Assembly: GCA_018003035.1 (NCBI GenBank)
Contig: JAGNEX010000004.1
Span: forward strand, 651-64,650
Source of the DNA: Acidimicrobiia bacterium
GTDB lineage: Bacteria > Actinomycetota > Acidimicrobiia > IMCC26256 > JAGNEX01
DNA length: 64,000 bases
Direction: 5' to 3'
Shown: positions 27,264-35,549 of the stretch, piece after piece
Layout of the letters: the number at the start of each line of letters is the position of its first letter
Numbering within the stretch: the stretch's first letter is position 1
Notes under the pieces: model-generated
The model's input: the letters and a program-made list of their open reading frames with translations, nothing else
Database searches by the model: none
What the model was told of the DNA's origin: nothing
Made by a program: the position numbers and the translations under genes

Positions 27264-28139
27264 TCACGCTTGATCTGGTGACCTCTCGGTCGAAGCCCGT
27301 CGGAGGAGTCCCCGAACCTCAGCGACGAGCTCTACGGTCGCGGCAGTCGTCTCGAGGGGCGAGAGAATTACCCAATCCGCGCCCGCTCGCGCAAAAGGAC
27401 CCAGGTCGGCAGCAAGTTTGACCGGATCCCCCCAGAGAAGCGACGTTCGGTCGGCTCGACCCGCCCACAGCTCCTCGGCCTCGTCCCGACTCCTTTTCAG
27501 GATCACCGATCCCGACCAGGACGCTTCGACTGCTAAACCCGCCGCTTTGAAGTTCTCGACGGTCGAGCGAACGACGTCCGCTGTTGCCTCCCAGCAGTTC
27601 CACCCGCCCACAGCTGCTGCAAGATCGATACCGTCTGGATGGGTTGAACCAATCCACACCGGTATTCCCCTCTCGAGGAGGAGCTCGCTGGTACGTGCCA
27701 TCCAGCCCATTCGGTCCGCGATCGAGCCGGTGGAAAAGCCAAAGGTGGCGTACTCGGTCTGACTTTGTGAGTCCCCGGCTCCGAGTCCCGCGATAAGGCG
27801 TCCGGGGGCTATCCGTTCGATCGTCGCGAGGAGATGGGCAGTCATTTGGGGGGTTCGGAGTCCGGCGCGCGCTACCAAGGGACCGACGGCGATCCCTTCG
27901 GTCACTGCGGCGACCTGGGCGAGGGCAACGCTGAGCTCCATCGCAGGTCGGTCTGGGGCACGGCCTCCCCCGCCGAGGAGGTGATCGAAAACGAACAGGC
28001 CATCGAGGCCTGCACGTTCGGCGGTCGTGGCAACCGTTGCGACCAGGCCTGGGTCGCCGCTGAACGTTGGCAGGCACATGCCCACCTTCACCGCCTCTGT
28101 GAGTCCCGACAAGTTTCGGTCGGCGTGGTTCGGTCTCAT
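27264..28139 (-). CDS. LLM-class (F420-dependent type) flavin oxidoreductase
   Basis: VATTAERAGLDGLFVFDHLL...RIAPGRLIAGLGAGD...WIGSTHPDGIDLAA. Confidence 0.8.
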   Translation of the reverse strand: MRPNHADRNLSGLTEAVKVGMCLPTFSGDPGLVATVATTAERAGLDGLFVFDHLLGGGGRAPDRPAMELSVALAQVAAVTEGIAVGPLVARAGLRTPQMTAHLLATIERIAPGRLIAGLGAGDSQSQTEYATFGFSTGSIADRMGWMARTSELLLERGIPVWIGSTHPDGIDLAAAVGGWNCWEATADVVRSTVENFKAAGLAVEASWSGSVILKRSRDEAEELWAGRADRTSLLWGDPVKLAADLGPFARAGADWVILSPLETTAATVELVAEVRGLLRRASTERSPDQA

Positions 28140-28143
28140 CTTT

Positions 28144-29163
28144 CTACGAACCTTCCTCGCCGGTCGCTACGTCGTCGCATAACAACGCTGCACCGACGGC
28201 TGCTGCGTCCGAGCCGATCTTGGCCAAGCGAAGCTCCGGGAGGACGCGCATCGGCCCACCTTCGACTCTCTGCTCCAGACTCTGCTGTACTGCGTCTAGG
28301 AGCATCTGTCCGAGGTCCATCACTCCGCCCCCAAGGACGATCACCGCAGGATCGAGGATGGCGATGAGGCCTTCCAGGCCCCTTGCTACTGCCGATCCGA
28401 AGTCCTCGACAATGGGCTGCACTTCATCCCGATGCTGGCGGGCGAGGTCTGCCAAGTCAGAGGGCCGAGGTGGTCGCGCCAGCGTCGCTGCTGACCGGTC
28501 GAGCTGACCGAGCTCAAAGGCTCGATCGACCAGGGCACCAAGCGCTGGGCCTGACGCTATCGCCTCCCAGTGACCAGCTCCGCCGCAGATACAAACCGGC
28601 CCATCTGCGGTGACCGGCATGTGCCCAATCTCGCCCGCAAAACCCGTCGCTCCCGTCAGCAGATGTCCGTCAGCGATGATTCCGCCACCGATGCCGGTGC
28701 CGATGCTGACCATCGTCAGATTCTGCACGCCAACGCCTGCGCCGATTCGCCACTCTGCGAACACCGCTGCGTTGGCATCATTTTCTACGTTGACGTCGAA
28801 ACCGGTCGCGGCCTTCAACTCTGCCGCGACGTCAACTCCGTCCATCCACACCAGATTGGGTGAGTGAATGATTCGGCCCTGACGGTCGACCATCCCTGCG
28901 ATCCCCACGCCGACCGGCACACCGTGGGCGACAGTCGCATCGGCGTGTGCCCTGTTCGACACCGTTGCTGGGACAGGGACATCGAGCCGCAACGTGCGGG
29001 CCACCTCACTCACCGACTGGATCAGCTCGTGTGAAGTTCGCGGCGTCGGAACCCGCAATCGGGCCACGATCTCACGGCCGGCCAAGGTCACCGCGTTGAT
29101 CTTCGTGCCGCCGACGTCGATCCCGATCCGGACGGTGTTGGGATTCGATGAGGTGTTCAGCAT
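28144..29163 (-). CDS. ROK-family sugar kinase (glucokinase-like)
   Basis: IGIDVGGTKINAVTL, VENDANAAVFAEWRIGAG, SIGTGIGGGIIADG, EIGHMPVTADGPVCICGGAGHWEAIASGPAL. Confidence 0.9.
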   Translation of the reverse strand: MLNTSSNPNTVRIGIDVGGTKINAVTLAGREIVARLRVPTPRTSHELIQSVSEVARTLRLDVPVPATVSNRAHADATVAHGVPVGVGIAGMVDRQGRIIHSPNLVWMDGVDVAAELKAATGFDVNVENDANAAVFAEWRIGAGVGVQNLTMVSIGTGIGGGIIADGHLLTGATGFAGEIGHMPVTADGPVCICGGAGHWEAIASGPALGALVDRAFELGQLDRSAATLARPPRPSDLADLARQHRDEVQPIVEDFGSAVARGLEGLIAILDPAVIVLGGGVMDLGQMLLDAVQQSLEQRVEGGPMRVLPELRLAKIGSDAAAVGAALLCDDVATGEEGS

Positions 29164-29223
29164 CGGCGGCCCACTTCGGTCGGGCCGGTCAAGCCTTCGG
29201 GATGGCGGCGACCGGGCGCGGCG

Positions 29224-30018
29224 TCAAAGGTTGCTGGCGCCGCTGTGGCCGGCGGGGTGGCGGTACTCGGAGTCCGGCTCGGCGGCATGCACCGTGCGCA
29301 TGGCGTCCAGGGCCGGTTTGAGCGGCTCGACGACATCTCTGAGTACGCTGCTCAACCCGTCGATCAGATCGGCGGTCAGTTCTTCGAACGCAACGCTACC
29401 GTCGTAGGCGCGGTCGCCGTGTGCTTGGTCCTGAGCTTCATAGGTCTCGAAGTACGGGCTGTGCGCCCGGTGAGGTTGCGGACCCGGCGATTGCGGCCCC
29501 GCTCGTTCCTGGTGTGGCCGCTCGCGACCATCAGCAACCTTCAGGTGTGCTGTCTTGTCCGTTCCCGGGTCCATTGGGTCGTCGGCATCAGCGCGAGCGG
29601 CAACCGTTTGTTCATGGGGACGGTCACCATCGCTACCGTTGGAGGCACCTGTGCGGGCAGCTACTCGACGGTCGCGTTCTGCCGCGACTCTTGCCCGTTC
29701 AGCTGTCAGGGCGCCATCGGCAGCGTCGAGCAGGCAGCGCGCAGCTGCGACCATTTCTTGTACGGCGGCGAGCGCGTGGTCGTAGGCCTCTGTTTGTTGT
29801 TGGCGCCACGAAGCGGAAAAGGAACAGGCGAGACACCCGCGAACGGCTCGTTCGTCGTCGGCGGTATCTGCGTTTGGTCCGTCATGAGAGTGCCCGGTGC
29901 GGCCACTGTTCGACGTTGCCTTCGGAGCGGTGCCGGACCCGGCGGCGCGCGGCCGGGCGCGGTCCGAGGAGTGGCTGTCCGAATCGGCCCACCAGGGGGC
30001 TTTGCGCCCAGAGGACAT
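29224..30018 (-). CDS. Hypothetical protein with Ala/Arg-rich helical centre
   Basis: 264-aa ORF between ROK kinase and SRPBCC genes on the same strand; ends adjoin neighbouring genes. Confidence 0.5.
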   Translation of the reverse strand: MSSGRKAPWWADSDSHSSDRARPRAAGSGTAPKATSNSGRTGHSHDGPNADTADDERAVRGCLACSFSASWRQQQTEAYDHALAAVQEMVAAARCLLDAADGALTAERARVAAERDRRVAARTGASNGSDGDRPHEQTVAARADADDPMDPGTDKTAHLKVADGRERPHQERAGPQSPGPQPHRAHSPYFETYEAQDQAHGDRAYDGSVAFEELTADLIDGLSSVLRDVVEPLKPALDAMRTVHAAEPDSEYRHPAGHSGASNL

Positions 30019-30023
30019 GACAG

Positions 30024-30488
30024 CTAACCGCCCGCCCCGGTTGTCGACTCGGCGACCTGGCGCACGCTTTGCAACGCTCGGCGGACCATCATCGACTCGG
30101 CACGTCGCTGAACGATCTGGGGCAGAGGAACTTTGAAATCGACCAAAAGCTCGTAGGTGATCTCCGTCCCTGAAATGCCGTCCCTGCTTGTCGATTCGAA
30201 GCGATAGCTACCTTCGTAACGACGGATACGGCCCGTAGGGATGCCACGCCACGAAAACATGTCTGGCGCGTCAGCCATGTCGTAATGCAGTTCAAGCGTC
30301 ACCGAAAAGCCCATAGCGCCTGCAACGAAACGGGCGACCCGAACAAGCCCTGTGGGGTCTTGTTCGACCAAGTCCACCCTGCGAACCTCGCGAGCCCAGG
30401 ACGGGTAGTCACGAACATCGGCGGCGATGGCGAAGCAACGCTCAAGGGGAGCGGCGACGAATGCCTTATCAAAAACGCGTTCTGGCAT
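30024..30488 (-). CDS. SRPBCC / polyketide cyclase-like protein
   Basis: MPERVFDKAFVAAPLERCFAIAADVRDYPSWAREVRRVDLVEQDP...TYELLVDFKVPLPQIVQRRAESMM. Start moved to ATG 30488. Confidence 0.8.
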   Translation of the reverse strand: MPERVFDKAFVAAPLERCFAIAADVRDYPSWAREVRRVDLVEQDPTGLVRVARFVAGAMGFSVTLELHYDMADAPDMFSWRGIPTGRIRRYEGSYRFESTSRDGISGTEITYELLVDFKVPLPQIVQRRAESMMVRRALQSVRQVAESTTGAGG

Positions 30489-30492
30489 GGTG

Positions 30493-30906
30493 CTAACCCC
30501 TTTCTTCTTGGACAACTCCTGTGTCCGCCGCTACCGAATTCCACAAGGCAGCCAAACCAACACCTGGCATGACGGCCAATACTGCAAACGCTTCCCAGAG
30601 CGACGCCACCAAACCGACAACGTACAAAGCGGTCAGCGAGAGCACCATCGCCCGTCGGCGAGGGTCCCCGTCGTGCCTTGGCCAAAACATGTCGGGGACC
30701 TCAACGGTGCTTCCCCGTGATTGCGCACGTACCAACATCAAAAAGCCGACGATCCATAGGACGCTCCCCAACAAGAAGAGGCCCAAGATGATCACCAGAC
30801 CAGTTCGCTCGAAGAGGGACGTTTCAAAAAGTCCTAAAACGGCGCTCAAAACAATGAGGCCCGAACACAGCAACGGTAGGCGAAGTAATTGCGAACGGTC
30901 CATCAT
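30493..30906 (-). CDS. Hypothetical membrane protein
   Basis: 137 aa with four predicted hydrophobic segments, starting MMDRSQLLRLPLLCSGLIVLSAVLGLFETSLFERTGLVIILGLFLLG. Overlaps the GT4 gene by 4 bp. Confidence 0.65.
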   Translation of the reverse strand: MMDRSQLLRLPLLCSGLIVLSAVLGLFETSLFERTGLVIILGLFLLGSVLWIVGFLMLVRAQSRGSTVEVPDMFWPRHDGDPRRRAMVLSLTALYVVGLVASLWEAFAVLAVMPGVGLAALWNSVAADTGVVQEERG

Positions 30907-32033
30907 ACCGTCAACGTTTCCAAAACTGTCAGGTCACCGCGGGCAAGGGGTGCCAGACGGGCAGCGAGAGCATCGTAGGAGAACTCTTCGACCGCTCTCA
31001 GGCGTGCCTGCACCCGCATCTCGCCCAGGTTCGCCGGGGACAACACTTCGCGGATGGCTTGCTGCACGCTTCTTTGATTCTTTGGCGGTACCACCCTGCC
31101 CGAAACGCCGTCTGCAACCGCTTCGTGCGCCCCACCTGACCGGCCTGCGACGGCGGGCACGCCGCACGCGGCCGCTTCGAGGAACACGATGCCGAAGCCC
31201 TCGCGTTCGAGACCGAACCACCGGTCGCGGCAGAGCATGGAGAACACGTCGGCGCTTGCGTACAAGGGCGCCAGCTGTTCCTCGGGAACTCTGCCGAGCA
31301 GATGGATGTGTGGCGCTCGTGCCGCAAGCTTCTTGAGACGGTCAAAATCCCGCCCGCTGCCCCCGATCGCAAGCTGAACCTCTCCTTCGAGCGGCTTGAC
31401 CGCTTCGATCAGGGTGTCAAAACCCTTGCGGGGTACGAGCCGAGAGAGGCCAAGGACGAGGGGAACCTCCGGGTCGAGGCCAAACAGATCTCGCGTGGCG
31501 GCACGTTCGTCCTCGGTGGCGGGTTGAAAGCGTTCGACGTCAACACCTGGCGGAATGATGAGTCCTTTGAGCGGCACCTCAGCAGCACGAATTCCTTCAG
31601 CCGCCGGGTATCCGCCCGCGCAGAGAACGCCTTCAGAACGTTGCAGCACGCTGCGTAGCAGCCGACGAGACACGGGAAGACGACCTGGGATCGTCACTTC
31701 CGCACCATGGAGGACCGCGACGTAAGGCCGCTTCAGGTAGCGACCGATCGCTCCGAGCGGTAATGCAGGATCGAGGAAAACAAGGTCGATCTTCAACTCG
31801 TCGATCAGCTCGTTGACTTCACGAATCAAAATCGGGTTGGGAAGCAACACCTTCTGGGATGAACGAATGATCCGCAACGGTTCGGCCACCCGGTCAAACT
31901 CGTCATCGCCGGTATAGGGCGTTGTGTAGACGGCAACCGTTTCGGCCGGAAGTCGGCGCCAAAGCTCCCACAGGTAGGACTGGATACCACCTACCTTGGG
32001 GGGAAAGTCGTTGGTCACAAGCAGGGAACGCAC
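30903..32033 (-). CDS. Glycosyltransferase family 4 (PimB-like)
   Basis: TNDFPPKVGGIQSYLWEL, VPRKGFDTLIEAV, EREGFGIVFLEAAACGVPAVAGRSGGAHEAVADG. Confidence 0.88.
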   Translation of the reverse strand: MRSLLVTNDFPPKVGGIQSYLWELWRRLPAETVAVYTTPYTGDDEFDRVAEPLRIIRSSQKVLLPNPILIREVNELIDELKIDLVFLDPALPLGAIGRYLKRPYVAVLHGAEVTIPGRLPVSRRLLRSVLQRSEGVLCAGGYPAAEGIRAAEVPLKGLIIPPGVDVERFQPATEDERAATRDLFGLDPEVPLVLGLSRLVPRKGFDTLIEAVKPLEGEVQLAIGGSGRDFDRLKKLAARAPHIHLLGRVPEEQLAPLYASADVFSMLCRDRWFGLEREGFGIVFLEAAACGVPAVAGRSGGAHEAVADGVSGRVVPPKNQRSVQQAIREVLSPANLGEMRVQARLRAVEEFSYDALAARLAPLARGDLTVLETLTV

Positions 32034-32130
32034 GGCAAGAATGCTAGGAGCACCGGTTTAAGGCATTTGTACCGGTCAGAAAAACATTTCTGTTCGCTAA
32101 GCACCGTTGCAACGGGCCGTCGCATCCTTA

Positions 32131-32397
32131 TCAAACATTCGCGACCAGCCGGAGCCGTGGAACAAGACCTGCCTTGGTCAGGCTCGTCAGCGCTGACATT
32201 TCATCGGCCGAAAACTCACCGAGCCGCGGACCGTCGATGATATGGCTCACAATGCAGTCGTCGCAGGCGGATGTGTGCGCCATGACGCAGTCGCCGCAGT
32301 CGATGACACGGCTTGAGGCGGAGGACATTTCCATAGCGATCTCGTTTCTGCACGGCCGATGTGGACCGGTACCTTTGTGACCCTCCAAGCATGGCAA
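32131..32397 (-). CDS. Small Cys-rich hypothetical protein
   Basis: 88-aa ORF with VIDCGDCVMAHTSACDDCIVSHIIDGP...LTKAGLVPRLR; recalled as resembling small actinobacterial CxxC proteins. Confidence 0.6.
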   Translation of the reverse strand: MPCLEGHKGTGPHRPCRNEIAMEMSSASSRVIDCGDCVMAHTSACDDCIVSHIIDGPRLGEFSADEMSALTSLTKAGLVPRLRLVANV

Positions 32398-32517
32398 TAG
32401 GGTGTGACACTCAACATGTGCGGAGACACCGTGGCTGATGCACAGGTGAGGGCAAGGGTCGACTCAACGGCCCCGAACCACGCCACGCAGGGACCGGGCA
32501 ACTTGCCAAGGATTGAT

Positions 32518-33288
32518 ATGGCCGACACGACTGCGCTCGCTCTCACCACTTCCGACGATGAAGAAGCGGTTGCGTTCGGGAACCAGGTTCGCGGCCTGTT
32601 CGACCTGGTGAATGAAGACGAAGCGGATGTGATCGTCGCCGTGGGCGGAGACGGGTTCATGTTGGAAACGCTCCACCGAACCCTCGGAACCGAGACACCG
32701 ATCTACGGGGTCAACACCGGAACGGTGGGTTTCCTCATGAACCGCTGTGAGCCCTGGCAGGTACCCGACCGAATCGCATCTGCGGAAGCTGTCTCGTTAG
32801 CGCCCCTGCTCATGGTCGCCCAGACCGAAGACGGCGCAGAGCATACCGCCGTTGCTCTCAATGAAGTATCGCTGCTCCGACAAACTCGCCAAGCCGCCCA
32901 CATCCGGGTCAAAGTCGACGGCGTCACCCGCATCGATCGACTGATCTGCGACGGTGTTCTGGTTTCTACCCCCGCCGGGTCGACCGCATACAACCTCTCC
33001 GCTCACGGCCCGATCGTCCCCTTGGGCGCCGAACTGCTGGCATTGACCCCCATCTCGGCGTTCCGTCCGCGGCGATGGCGCGGCGCGCTTTTGAGGGATT
33101 CGGCCACCGTCCGCTTTGAGGTCCGCGAATTCTTCAAACGCCCCGTAAGCGCCACCGCGGACCACACAGAGATTCGGCACGTCATCTCGGTCTCGGTCAC
33201 CTGTGACCGGAGTCAACATGCCGTCTTGCTGTTCGACCCCGAACACAACTATGAGGAGAGAATCCTTACCGAACAGTTCACGACCTAA
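32518..33288 (+). CDS. nadK: NAD kinase
   Basis: DVIVAVGGDGFMLETLHRTLG, PIYGVNTGTVGFLMN, LNEVSLLR, STPAGSTAYNLSAHGPIVP. Likely start ATG 32518; the track start is 32404. Confidence 0.88.
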   Translation: MADTTALALTTSDDEEAVAFGNQVRGLFDLVNEDEADVIVAVGGDGFMLETLHRTLGTETPIYGVNTGTVGFLMNRCEPWQVPDRIASAEAVSLAPLLMVAQTEDGAEHTAVALNEVSLLRQTRQAAHIRVKVDGVTRIDRLICDGVLVSTPAGSTAYNLSAHGPIVPLGAELLALTPISAFRPRRWRGALLRDSATVRFEVREFFKRPVSATADHTEIRHVISVSVTCDRSQHAVLLFDPEHNYEERILTEQFTT

Positions 33289-33398
33289 GGGACGAGCAGC
33301 GCTAGAACCGGTTCGAGGCGCCTCCCGAACTGGGATGACGCCTCAAACGGCAGTTCTGAGGATGGCTGAGACCGCCAGGGCCGGCTGTTCGCCGAGCC

Positions 33399-35228
33399 CT
33401 ACGCGCCCATCGCTGCAATCAAGGCACTAGATGAGATCACCAGCGCTCCTTCAGACTCGGCCTGCTCGCGAACCCAACCGTCGCTTGAGACGACAATCGC
33501 TGGGATCCCCATCGGGAGTTTGGTGAGTTCCCGCACTACGACGAGGTCGGCCTCTTCACCTTCGCGGCTAAAGAGAACTCGGACTCCCCTGCGACGGGTC
33601 GCTCCGCCGATGTCGACGGCCGCGCCGTCAAAGACAATCGTCACGGGGCAGCGAGTTCGAGCATGCAGATCGGTCATGGCGTCAACCAGGCGGTCGCGCT
33701 GTTCGCTGATCGAAAGGTCGCCCCATTTGTTCATCGACACGTTGTACCCGTCGACGATCATCACGACGCCCCGAGCGCTCATCATTTCGAGCACCGTTGA
33801 CTTCTCTTCGATGAACATCCCGGGTGGCACAGGAACCTGAGCCCGTCCGGTTGAGCGTTGTACGAGCGCCGACTGCGCAGGCAGGCCGGTTGAATCAAAT
33901 AGATCTTCGTCTTCGGCCGCGGCGCGCTCGGCATCTGCCATCGCCTGTTCCAGCATGGCTGTGCTCATCGTCAACTCGTCGCTGTGCACGATCGAATCGT
34001 CGTCCAAATCTGCTGCCTCTTTAAACACCGCCGAAGCCGCCGGACTCGGGGCCTCAGAAGCCGCTGATTGGGTGTGGTCTCCGGCCTCCGCAGACGAGTC
34101 GTCGGCACTCGCCCGGGAAGAATCTTGACCGTTGGAGGCGCCGTCATCGGTGTCGTGGCCGACTGCTTCTGAGGAATCGTCGCCGCTTGAGTCATCACCG
34201 TCTGACTCGTCACCGTCGTCGTCGAGGTCCGAAGCGTAGGTGTCGTCGTCGATCACCCAACTGTCATCGAGGTGGGCGGCCACCGTCGACGGCGGCATCT
34301 CTTGGCCGTGCTCGGGGATGAGTTTGCGCCCATTGTCCGAGAGCGCCCCGAGCTCCCGACTGAGCGCTACAGCGACGTCGGCGGAACGCTCAAGCATGTG
34401 AACGTGCCGGCGAACTCGCTCGATCTCGGCCGCACGAGCATCCGCCGTAGCCTCTTCAGTCCGAAGCATCTGAGCCCGAAGTTCTTCAAACTCGCGACGC
34501 AGTTCGCGCAGTTGATCTTCGCTGTCGCGTGCGCGTGCCGCTTCCCTGGAGGAACGCTCCTGAGCGATCTCAATCGTCCGATTGGCCCGGTCTCGTTCAA
34601 CTTCGAGACGTTCAATCTTTTCGGTTGCCTCGGCGGTCAGGCGCTCGGCGTCTTCCTCGCGCTGGCGGCGTGAACGGCGTTCGTCTTTGAGCGTGGAGTC
34701 GAGTTCGTTGAACTGAACCTCGAGCTCGTCGCGGTGGGCTTCTGCACGTCGTGCCGACTCTTCGACCGTTTCGAGTCGGTTGCGGAGCGCAACGACCTCT
34801 TCTTCGACTTCTTGCCGCCGGCGTTCGCCTTCAAAAACTCCGAGTGCCGCGCCAATTCCGATCGTCCAACCTTTCGGACGAGCCGCATAAAGAGCAGACG
34901 CCAGCACGGGAAGGTCGTCTTGTTCGGCCGCCACAGCGGCGAGTTTTGCTGCGTCGTTGCGGGACCACCCGTCGAGGACCGACGACACCTCTGTCCGGTC
35001 CAAAAAGCGCTCAAAGACCGCTGTCCGGAAAGTCTCGTCACCTTCGACGGCCCTCAGCAGCTGTGCACGCGCAGCTGCCCGAGCGAGCCCCCGTCGGTCA
35101 AAGCCCAAAAGTGGGCGAAGCTGAGCTGGAACGTCGGCATCGGGGGTGTCCCGCATGACGTCGCCGGCCTGTTCCAACAAGGGGGCCAGGAGCACATCAG
35201 GGATGCCCAGTTCGTTACCGTTCGCCAT
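33399..35228 (-). CDS. NYN-domain protein with N-terminal coiled coil and acidic linker
   Basis: 609 aa with a C-terminal NYN/YacP-like domain (VVMIVDGYNVSMNKWG...VTIVFDGAAVDIG...VVVRELTKLP...IVVSSDGWVREQAES). Confidence 0.82.
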   Translation of the reverse strand: MANGNELGIPDVLLAPLLEQAGDVMRDTPDADVPAQLRPLLGFDRRGLARAAARAQLLRAVEGDETFRTAVFERFLDRTEVSSVLDGWSRNDAAKLAAVAAEQDDLPVLASALYAARPKGWTIGIGAALGVFEGERRRQEVEEEVVALRNRLETVEESARRAEAHRDELEVQFNELDSTLKDERRSRRQREEDAERLTAEATEKIERLEVERDRANRTIEIAQERSSREAARARDSEDQLRELRREFEELRAQMLRTEEATADARAAEIERVRRHVHMLERSADVAVALSRELGALSDNGRKLIPEHGQEMPPSTVAAHLDDSWVIDDDTYASDLDDDGDESDGDDSSGDDSSEAVGHDTDDGASNGQDSSRASADDSSAEAGDHTQSAASEAPSPAASAVFKEAADLDDDSIVHSDELTMSTAMLEQAMADAERAAAEDEDLFDSTGLPAQSALVQRSTGRAQVPVPPGMFIEEKSTVLEMMSARGVVMIVDGYNVSMNKWGDLSISEQRDRLVDAMTDLHARTRCPVTIVFDGAAVDIGGATRRRGVRVLFSREGEEADLVVVRELTKLPMGIPAIVVSSDGWVREQAESEGALVISSSALIAAMGA

Positions 35229-35549
35229 TGCGTCTCCGTTTCACAAGCGGGGTGTACTGGTTGTCAGGCGCCACACCCATTGGTTCTTCGGCACCGGAAC
35301 CCCAAAGGTTGACAATTTTTGCAGAATCATTCGGGTCGAGACCGCGGGAACGACCCGGGTCTTGTGGCCCCACCTGCCACGGTCAGCGGCGACGACGAGA
35401 CTTGGCCGCTCAGGCCAGTTAGACGCGGGGCATCCGCGGAAGCCAGCTTCAAAACCGTTGCAAAACCAACGATTTTTCAACCTTCGGCCCGTCATCGGGG
35501 CGCCGAGTGTACTTCAACAGTCACCGGGGTGGGCGTTAACATTTTCGCC

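Noticed and set aside
35229-35549. TTGACA-like element near 35313 as a promoter for trpD-side genes
   Set aside because: No matching -10 at 16-18 nt and the orientation does not face a gene; chance match.
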